Positions 56,622 through 64,000 of a DNA stretch of 64,000 bases are shown one piece after another (positions within the stretch are counted from its first letter, which is position 1; each line of letters opens with the position of its first letter). The notes beneath the pieces are model-generated. The model did not search any database. It was not told where the DNA came from and saw nothing but the letters and a program-made list of their open reading frames with translations. The stretch covers positions 420,559-484,558 of the forward strand of contig CAVOQY010000013.1 in NCBI GenBank assembly GCA_963698465.1, given 5' to 3'. A program made the position numbers and the translations under genes. Origin of the DNA: an uncultured delta proteobacterium. GTDB lineage: Bacteria > Desulfobacterota > Desulfobacteria > Desulfobacterales > UBA2156.

Positions 56622-57622
56622 CACTCGACCTCCACCCATCGCTCGAACTGGTGGTATTTTCGCTGGATGTAATGAAAGAGCCCTTCCGGAAGCCCGACGA
56701 TGAAGACCACCAGAAACAGCCCGTACAAAACGATGCGCAGCCCCCCGATGCCCCTGAGGATCTCCGAGAGCGGCACGAGAATGCATGCCCCCAGGGTGGC
56801 ACCGGCCAGGGTTCCGGGTCCTCCCACCACCGCGGCGGCGATGGGCAGAATCGAATAATCCAGGGCGAATACGGGCATTCCCACGAACATGTACACATGG
56901 GTCATGAACGCGCCCGAAAAGGCGCCGATGCTGCTTGCAATAAAAAGCGCCTGGGCCTTGAAGCCATAGATGTTGATCCCGGCGTTCATGACGGAACGGT
57001 CATTGTCGGCGATCCCCTTGAGGACCAGTCCGTAATCGGAATCCATCATCCGCCTAAACCCGAAAAGCGCCCCCAAAAGGACGAAAGCCACCAGATAAAT
57101 CTCCATCCAGCCCGACGCCAGGGGCTCGATGCCGCTGAGACCCTCGGTGCCGCCGAAAACCTTGGTGGCTTCCACGATGCGTACCAGCATCAGGGGGATG
57201 ATCAGCGTGACCATGGAGAAGTAGACCCCCCGGAGCCTGAGAACCGGCAGGAGAAAAACGGTGCAGGCGAGCCCGCCGATCCCCGTGGCCGCCGGAATGG
57301 CGATCAAAGGGTGCCACTCGAAATAGTGGTTCAGGATACCGGAAGCATACGCGCCGGTACCGAAAAACAGGGCCTGGCCCAGGGAGATCATCCCGGCCTG
57401 GGCGAGGATGTCCCAGCTGATGGCCAAAAGCGCAAAAACGGCCACCGACAAGAAGACCTTCTGCCAGTAGGCATTGAAAAACAGAGGCAAAAACAAGAAA
57501 AGCAAAACCGGAAACAGGCGGGGCGCGGAGAGATAAAGCATTTCGCGCCAGGAAGTCACGGCGAAAACATCGTTCGCCCGGACCTTGATCCCCCGGTCCA
57601 GCCGTTCTTTACGCTTGGGCAA
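56621..57622 (-). CDS. livM: Branched-chain amino acid-type ABC transporter permease
   Basis: 333-aa polytopic LivM-like permease. Confidence 0.8.
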   Translation of the reverse strand: MPKRKERLDRGIKVRANDVFAVTSWREMLYLSAPRLFPVLLFLFLPLFFNAYWQKVFLSVAVFALLAISWDILAQAGMISLGQALFFGTGAYASGILNHYFEWHPLIAIPAATGIGGLACTVFLLPVLRLRGVYFSMVTLIIPLMLVRIVEATKVFGGTEGLSGIEPLASGWMEIYLVAFVLLGALFGFRRMMDSDYGLVLKGIADNDRSVMNAGINIYGFKAQALFIASSIGAFSGAFMTHVYMFVGMPVFALDYSILPIAAAVVGGPGTLAGATLGACILVPLSEILRGIGGLRIVLYGLFLVVFIVGLPEGLFHYIQRKYHQFERWVEVE

Positions 57623-57626
57623 GCGT

Positions 57627-58499
57627 TTAAATCCTTTCTTCCAGTTCTTTCTGTTTCCCGAAAAGGCCCGAGGGCTTCACGACGAGTACCACCAGGATCG
57701 CCGCCAGGGAGATGATCATGGTCCAGTGGGATCCGACATACGTGTCCGTGAAGCGCTCGGCGAAACCGACGATGAAACTGGCCACGATGACGCCCCCTGT
57801 GCTTCCCAGTCCTCCGATGATGCAAACGGCCAGCGCCTTGATGAGCACTTCGTATCCCTCCCCCGGCGAGATGCTGCCCAGAGGGATGATGATGACGGCG
57901 GCGACGGCGGCCAGACCACACCCCATGGCCACGCTGAGCATCCCGATCCAGTCCGAATCGATCCCCAGGGTGAGGGCGGTGCGCTCGTCCTGGGCGATGC
58001 CTCGAAAGGCAAGCCCCAGGGCGGTGTGATGGGTAAAGATCCAAAGACCGGCCACAATGAGGATGCCGGCAAAGACGATGACCAACCGCTGGGCGTCGAC
58101 ATAGGTTCCCGCGATGATGTAACTCTTATCGATGAAGACCGGGAGCGTATATTCGAACCCGATGAACCCGAGGTGCCGGAAAAGCTCCAGGATGGCCAGT
58201 CCGATCCCGAAGGTCGCAATGACTTCCGAGAGAGCCTGACCGCGGACCCGCAGCAAAACGAACCGGTACATGAGGGCCCCCAAAGCCGCGGAAAATACGA
58301 TGGAAGCCAGGATGGAAACGAAAAGCGGGACGTGCACGAGGTTGATGAGAATCCAGCACGTGTACGCCGCAAAGATATACATGGCGCCGTAGGCAAAGTT
58401 GGCCACGCCGCTGATGCCGAAGGTCAGGTTGAACCCCACGGCCATCAGAGCAAGAATGACGCTGTTGATCAAGGCATAAACAACGGTGCCCAAAAACAT
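57627..58499 (-). CDS. livH: Branched-chain amino acid-type ABC transporter permease
   Basis: 290-aa polytopic LivH-like permease. Confidence 0.8.
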   Translation of the reverse strand: MFLGTVVYALINSVILALMAVGFNLTFGISGVANFAYGAMYIFAAYTCWILINLVHVPLFVSILASIVFSAALGALMYRFVLLRVRGQALSEVIATFGIGLAILELFRHLGFIGFEYTLPVFIDKSYIIAGTYVDAQRLVIVFAGILIVAGLWIFTHHTALGLAFRGIAQDERTALTLGIDSDWIGMLSVAMGCGLAAVAAVIIIPLGSISPGEGYEVLIKALAVCIIGGLGSTGGVIVASFIVGFAERFTDTYVGSHWTMIISLAAILVVLVVKPSGLFGKQKELEERI

Positions 58500-58594
58500 G
58501 CGGACTTAACTCCAGATATCACAACTGTAGCACCGGATGGGCTCACTCGGTCTCTAAAAGGGTGACCGTTTTTCATGAGAATCGGAAGAAGATC

Positions 58595-58624
58595 GGGGGG
58601 CAAAGGAGACGCTCCCTTGCCCCC
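58595..58624 (-). terminator. Intra-operon GC-rich stem-loop after the binding-protein gene
   Basis: On the minus strand, GGGGGCAAGGGA-GCGTC-TCCTTTGCCCCC (one G-T pair), 8 nt after the stop at 58633. Confidence 0.45.
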
Positions 58625-58632
58625 GCAATTTT

Positions 58633-59922
58633 CTATTTCAGTGACTTCAGCCCTTTGGGAAGCAAAATCTTGGCATCGGCGACGGACTGGGGAAAGACGA
58701 TCTGGCGCTTTCCGTCCTCCGTCCACTGGAACACGGCGGCGACCGCCGTCTCCTTGGGATCGAACCCGTACACGACCTGATGCCCCTCGTCGTATTTGAT
58801 GCGCCCCATGACCCCCATCCGATCCGTTTTTTTCAGCTGGGCCACGATGGCGTCCGCATCGAGGCTTCCCGCCCGCTCGATGGCCTCCGCCAGGACATAG
58901 ACCGACTCATAAGATGGAGCAGGGCCGTGGCCGGCTTGAAGCGCCTTGCCGTAAGCCTTTTCATACCTGCCGAAGAACTCCACGGACTGCGGAATCTTGT
59001 CCGAGGCGATGGCGCTTCCCATCTCGAAAATGGAGTTGATGGCACCCCCGATTTTTCCGTCGAAGGTCTTCCAGGCTTCGGATCCGGCAAGGGGAGAGAT
59101 GAATCCCGCCATCAGGGCGGGTACCTGCATGGATTTCCACTGCTTGACGAGGGTGCCGCTCTGGGGCATGTCGAAGATGGGCATGATCACCTGGGCCCCT
59201 TTGGCTCTGGCCTTCATGAGGCCCGAGGAGAAATCCGAGGTTCCGGTGGGATAGGCCTCTTCCTCCAGCACCTCCCATCCGGCCTTCTCGAAGTACATCT
59301 TCTTCACGAAATCGGCGGTGGCTCTTGCCCACGCCACGTCCTGGAACATGACGTACACTTTGGTGAACCCGAACTGCTCGTTGATGAGGCCCATGGTCCC
59401 GGCCAGGTATTTGACCAGGTGTACGGCGTTGAGGCAGGTCCGGAAGACATATTTGTACTTCTCCGGATCTTCCTTGATCTTGCTTCTCGGATCCGGGGCT
59501 CATGGCGATGGTTCCCAGCATGGGGACCTTGTACTTGGCCATGATGTCCATCCCGGCGATCAGGGCCTCGGAACGGAACGGGCCCACCACGATGGCGGCC
59601 GGTTTTTTCTCGAGAATGATCTTTTCCAGTCCCAGCAGCGCTTCCGGGTACCGGAACGCCCGGGGGCCGCATCCCGAATATCAAGGGCTTCCACCTTGAG
59701 CAGGCGTTTTTCGCTTCCCACTTTGACGCCGCCTTTGGCGTTGATCTCGCTCGACCGCCATCTCGACGGCCTTGTGGGACTCGGTCCCTTCCAGAAAACC
59801 GAGGGAAGTCGGAACGCCGATGACGATCGGTTCCGCGGCGTCCGCCGGGCAGGGAAGTCGTCCACACAGGCAGACGGTCCGGACACTGGATGTCAACAGT
59901 TTCGTCGGCAGGAGACCACCAT
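58633..59922 (-). pseudogene. LivK-type ABC substrate-binding protein gene, N-terminal third disrupted by at least 3 frameshifts (or sequence errors)
   Basis: The C-terminal 253 aa are intact (58633-59394). Upstream, the protein-like sequence hops frames: AEPIVIGVPTSLGFLEGTESHKAVEMAV | EINAKGGVKVGSEKRLLKVEALDIRDAAPG | YPEALLGLEKIILEKKPAAIVVGPFRSEALIAGMDIMAKYKVPMLGTIAMSP | DPRSKIKEDPEKYKYVFRTCLNAVHLVKYLAGT. The shifts are near 59750, 59662-59666 (G5) and 59495-59498 (G4). The start is uncertain. Confidence 0.75.
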
Positions 59923-60068
59923 CCGGGGGCACTTCCGTTCGAGCAAGGACGGCGGCTCCGAACGTGAACAGGTTTTGGGCCGGTGAAAAGGGTGCATTGG
60001 ATGACCTTACGGATTCCAGGGCCTCGTCTACTTCTTCACTCGAAATCGGGATCGTTTCATTCGAACAC

Positions 60069-61265
60069 CTATCCGACTGACCAGCGAGGCGCCGCCGGTG
60101 TCGCCCGCGGCGCACCCGGCAAAGAGCACGTATCCGCCGCCCTTGAAGGACCGTCTCCTCGATGCCCTCGATGATCAGCCGCCCGGCCGTGGGTGCCTGG
60201 GGATGGCCGAAGACCAGGGAGCTGCCGTAGTTGTTGAATCCGTTGACATCGATTCCGATCTGCTTGGCAAGGTAAATGTCGTTGGCGGCAAAGGGATTGT
60301 GGGTCTTGATGACCTTGACGTCGTCTATGGAGATGCCCGCTTTTTCCAGGGCCATGTGGGCGGCCGGCACCACGGCCATGGCCATGAAGCCCTTTTTGGC
60401 CCGGGCGTAGCCGTAGGAGACGACCTGGATCTCCGTTGCCGGGTCCGGGCTGAGTTCCTTGGCCTTTTCCCGGGTGGTGACCATCGAGGCCGCAGTTGCC
60501 GTCGGCCGGATGGGTCTGGGACCCGAAGGTGTGGACGCCTCCGGGAATCACCGGCTCTGAGGCCCGCCAGCCCCTCGGCGGTGGTGGGCATGATCCCCTC
60601 GTCGGCCTCCAGGGTGATGGTTTTCTTCTTGGACACCTGCACCTCCACGGGAAACATGTAGCGCTTCTGGAAGGCCCGGTCGTCGGCCAAGCGCGTCCTT
60701 GTACTGCTCGTAGCGCCTGAGGGCCACGGCGTCGCATTGCTCCCGGGTGATCCCGGCTTCCTGGACCACGTTCTCGGCGGTTTGGATCATGGCGTTTCTG
60801 GCCCAGGGGTCGCGGCCGAAATGGTCCATGATCCAGTTTTCGCAGAGCACCTGCCCGCCCGGGACCGTTGGGATTGGGCCATACCGTGTGGGGGCCGTTG
60901 GAACACCGGTCGGCTGGCCAGGGCCCAGGCAGTTGCGGTACATCCCGGTTTCCACGCCCACGGCCGCCTGGAAGATGCAGGTGGTCGAGGTGGTGCAGGC
61001 CTGGCTGATGATCATTCCCGGGGTGTTCCGCGCACCGATGAGGGCCGAAGCCCAGGGGCTGCCGTAGAACCATCTGGGGCTGGCCGATGGTCATCCCGAG
61101 AAACACGTAGTCGATGGTGGTGGGGTCCCACCCCTTTTCGGCGAAAAACCGTTTGGAGGTCTCGGCCCCCAGGATCACGGCGTTGTCGTTGGCCAGGGTG
61201 CCCTGCCACCGGGCGAACGGGGTGCTGTAATAGCCTCTGTAGGGAATGAACGCTTGGGTCAACAT
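60069..61265 (-). pseudogene. Thiolase-family acetyl-CoA C-acyltransferase gene with about 7 frame changes (or sequence errors)
   Basis: ATG at 61265 after an AGGAGA RBS (MLTQAFIPYRGYYSTPFARWQG...). Thiolase-like segments are spread over all three frames (WFYGSPWASALIGARNTPGMIISQACTTSTT; ADRCSNGPHTVWPNPNGPGG; QVLCENWIMDHF...YEQYKDAL; ADDRAFQKRYMFPVEV...; VIPGGVHTFGSQTHPADGNCGL; VTTREKAKEL...NNYGSSLVFGHPQAPTAGRLIIEG; GGGYVLFAGCAAGDTGGASLV). The 3' end is uncertain. Confidence 0.7.
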
Positions 61266-61345
61266 GTACGGTTCTCCTGTTGGTGTTGAGGTTGGATTAA
61301 AAACCTCGCGGTTACGGGCAGCCCAGCTGCTCGATTCTGTCTTTT

Positions 61346-62905
61346 TCAGCTTGCGATGCAGAGAATCATTCCCGTAGGCGTCCTGGGCTTTCGTCGGCGT
61401 TTTGAGGAAGATCACCTCGTTGGGTCGGTTTATAACCCGGCCATCTTTCCGTTCGGCAGCTCCAGGATCGTCCTCGTCGATCAGATTTCCTCCGGCCTTG
61501 TAGCCGCCGGGTTTCGGCACCACAACTCGGCGATGACCTTTTCCCCCCCACTTTTCGGTCGGGAAGGCCGATCACAGGCGCAGTCGAAGACCGCATTCGT
61601 GGCTGCCCACCACCTCCTCGACCTCGCTGGGATAGACGTGTTCCCCGCCGGTGATGATCATGTTGTCCTTTCGGTCGACGATCTCGTAGATATCCGTCCG
61701 GATCTCTCCGGGCCATGTCGCCGGCGGAAAACCACTCCCCCGGAAAGAAGTCGGCCGTCTTTTCCGGCAGCTTGTAGTACCCGTCGAACAGCATGGGCCC
61801 CTTGGAGTAGAGCTCGCCGACCTCGCCGGCGGGCACGTCGTTTCCCTGGTTGTCGAGAATCTTCACGAAGTCCGTTCCCAGAGATCTCGTAGCCGATGGA
61901 GCCGAGCTTGCGCATCTGATCCCGGGCTTGAGAATGGTGACGATGCCGGCCTCGGTGGAACCGTAGCCTTCGTAGAGCTCCACGCCCGGGAAGAAAGTCC
62001 ATGATGGCCAGCTTCATGCTCTTTCGCACCGGCGCCGACGAACACAGCAGCTTGTTGATGGAACCCACGTCCCGTTTCCGGGCCGCCTTCGGAGACGTTC
62101 GAGAATGAGGTTGTAATGGGTGGGGATCAGGGAGATGAAGGTGATCTTTTCCGCGCTCGATGATTTCCAGGATCTCCTCCGCCCGGAACGACTGGGCCGG
62201 GTGAATGTACACGGTGGCGCCGATGTAGGTGAAGGTAAAGGTGAAAAGGTGGAATTGATGTGGCAAAGGGGCATGACGTTGAGACAGATGTCGTGCTCGG
62301 TGAAGCCGAAATCGACGGCATTGATCAGGTAGAACGCGATATGGGAGCGTGGGAACGGATAACGCCCTTGGGCCTTCCCGTGGTGCCGGAGGTATAGATC
62401 AGGATCCAGGTGTCTTCAGGATTCGACCTCGGCTTCCGGTTCGTCCTCCGGATCGTCGGCAATCGAGGTCCTCGTAGGACCGGTATCCCGGCTTTGCCTC
62501 CCCCACGACCCATACGCTCCGGCGGGATGGCGGGAAGCTGCTCCTTCAGCGGTTCCACCGTGTGGACGAACTCGTCGTGGACGATGAGGGCCGTGGCATC
62601 CGAGTTGTTCCAGGATGTAGGCCACTTCCTGGCCCACCAAGCGGAAGTTGATGGGGACGATGATCAGTCCCGGTCTTGGCGCGGGCCAGGTAGACTTCCA
62701 CGATCTCGATGCTGTTTTCCATCAGGACAGCCACCTTGTCCCCCTTGGAAAGCCCCATCCCGAAAAGAGCGTGGGCCAGCCGGTTCACCCGGTTGTTGAC
62801 CATGGGATAGGTGAGGCTCCGGTGGGCGTCTTTGAGGGCGACGGTGCCGGGATATTTTTTGGCATTGAGTTTTAAATGCTGTCCCAGGTTCATCCAAGGC
62901 GCCAT
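61346..62905 (-). pseudogene. AMP-dependent acyl-CoA ligase gene with multiple frame changes (or sequence errors)
   Basis: ATG at 62905 (MAPWMNLGQHLKLNAKKYPG...). Ligase motifs are scattered over different frames (LIYTSGTTGRPKGV, YEGYGSTEAG, WFSAGDMARRDPDGY, tail ...PRTPTGMIL). The stop assignment at 61346 is tentative. Confidence 0.65.
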
Positions 62906-62918
62906 ATCGTACCCCCCT

Positions 62919-64000
62919 TTACTTCACGCGGATCCGCGCATCGGCGACGGCGAACGCCCCGTCTTCATAGGCGATAATCGGATTCAGGTCCATCTCGAGG
63001 ATCCCGGGCGCATCCGACACCAGCCTGGAAACCCTAAGAAGCAGGTCTTCTAGGGCCTTCCGGTCGACGCCCTTCTGCCCCCTGACCCCTGTCAGCAGCG
63101 TCTTCCCTTGATGGAGGAAAGCATTTCCCCGGCCTCCGCTGTGGTCAAGGGGGTCAGATTGAAGACCACATCCTTCATGACCTCCACATAGATGCCTCCG
63201 AGCCCGAACATGACAATGTGGCCCAACCCCTCTTCGGCCTTGGCGCCCACGATCACCTCCAAGCCCTCGGGCAGATGTTTCTGGATGAAAAAGCGCAGAT
63301 CCTTTGCCTTGAGGCGCTGTTGCATGTCAGTGACCGCCGCACGGACGGCCTCTGCGTCTTTGAGGTCCAGCTTGACTCCGCCCATGTCGCTCTTGTGGAT
63401 GACGGACGGGGCGTCCGCCTTCACCACCACCGGATATCCGATGGCGTCGGCGGCCTTCACCGCCTCCCCGGCATCGCCCGCCACGCGCCAAGGTGCCACG
63501 GGGATGTTATACGCCTCCAGGATGCGGTAGACGTCGTCGGAGGCCGAAAAACGCGTCCGCCGCTGTCTTGCGCAGGATATCGCCGGCGGTCTTGGCGTCG
63601 ATATCCGAAAAGGACGGAATTTGTCCTGGATCCCTTTTTCTCAAGGCATCGTACCGCACCAGGGCCGTCATGGCCCGGGCCGCGGCACCCGGAAGGCTGA
63701 AGCAAGGCACCCCACCTTCCTGGAGGATCCGGACCACTTCCGTCCACTGCCGGCGATCCGTCATGAGGTTGCAGACGATGGGCTTCTTCTGCTTCGCGCT
63801 GACGGCCACGATTTCCCTGGCAATGCTTTCGTTGTCCACGAAGAAGGGGGTGACGAAATTGACGAAGATGCAGTCGAAATTATCGTCATCCAACATGGCG
63901 TCCATACACGCACGGTAATGGCCTGCAGTGGCCGTGGCAAGGACATCCACGGGATTTCGAACCGAGGCTTCCGGATACAGCTTTTCCTTGAGGATTGCCT
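62919..64000 (-). pseudogene. ADP-forming acyl-CoA synthetase (CoA-binding + ATP-grasp type), 5'-partial at the window edge, with at least 2 frame changes
   Basis: The segments ...DNFDCIFVNFVTPFFVD...KKPIVCNLM..., ...YNIPVAPWRVAGDAGEAVKAADAIGYPVVVKADAPSVIHKSDMGGVKLDL... and the tail ...KTLLTGVRGQKGVDRKALEDLLLRVSRLVSDAPGILEMDLNPIIAYEDGAFAVADARIRVK* lie in different frames. The shifts are near 63105 and 63550. Confidence 0.65.

Noticed and set aside
60069-61523. 484-aa ORF offered by the track as one coding region
   Set aside because: Only its first ~65 codons after MLTQAF read as thiolase. The rest is out-of-frame read-through, and the upstream part belongs to the ligase tail region. I interpret it as a frameshift-disrupted thiolase gene.
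1-64000. CRISPR arrays, rRNA genes, tRNA genes, integrase or recombinase genes, toxin-antitoxin pairs
   Set aside because: I found no regularly spaced short repeats, no rRNA or tRNA signatures, and no integrase-like ORF on either strand. The only repeats seen are the 44.5/52.0 kb direct repeat pair.

Overview
GC-rich bacterial chromosomal segment (about 60% GC by hand spot counts). The gene content suggests an anaerobic Desulfobacterota/deltaproteobacterium-like organism, which is inference only. I found no rRNA, tRNA or CRISPR array.

Gene order, left to right:
- RNA-modification genes (an RsmG-SpoU fusion and an RluA-family synthase) and ettA.
- An orphan Na+-decarboxylase membrane module (OadG-like plus beta subunit) behind an unknown membrane protein.
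- A TAXI-TRAP transporter, a DmlA/TtuC-like dehydrogenase and an FGGY kinase.
- ugpBAEC plus a glycerophosphodiesterase.
- A solitary cytoplasmic Mo/W oxidoreductase.
- A four-gene cluster: Tat-exported aldo/keto reductase, NapH-like polyferredoxin, Tat-exported DUF362 protein and an anchored unknown protein.
- An MFS transporter.
- A 2-hydroxyacid dehydrogenase translationally coupled to a T7-gp4-like primase-helicase.
- A UPF0261 protein.
- A CbrA-like SSS-domain sensor kinase broken by a frameshift in a G6 run.
- A LarA homolog behind a polar amino acid ABC transporter.
- hutU, a split ftcD, hutI, and a ferritin-like gene.

Most notable features:
1. An accessory segment of about 7 kb (44.99-51.95 kb) carries Fic, an IS91 remnant, ArsR, a second Mo/W oxidoreductase with a mini-ferredoxin, dinB and a truncated MaoC gene. 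It is bracketed by roughly 98%-identical direct repeats of host DNA. That is the topology of a single-crossover (Campbell-type) insertion, or of a mis-assembly.
2. The last 4.6 kb (59.4-64.0 kb) of an acyl-CoA / branched-chain amino acid operon is riddled with single-base frameshifts, whereas the preceding 59 kb has only one.

All calls come from reading the ORF translations and the DNA by eye. No database search was run.
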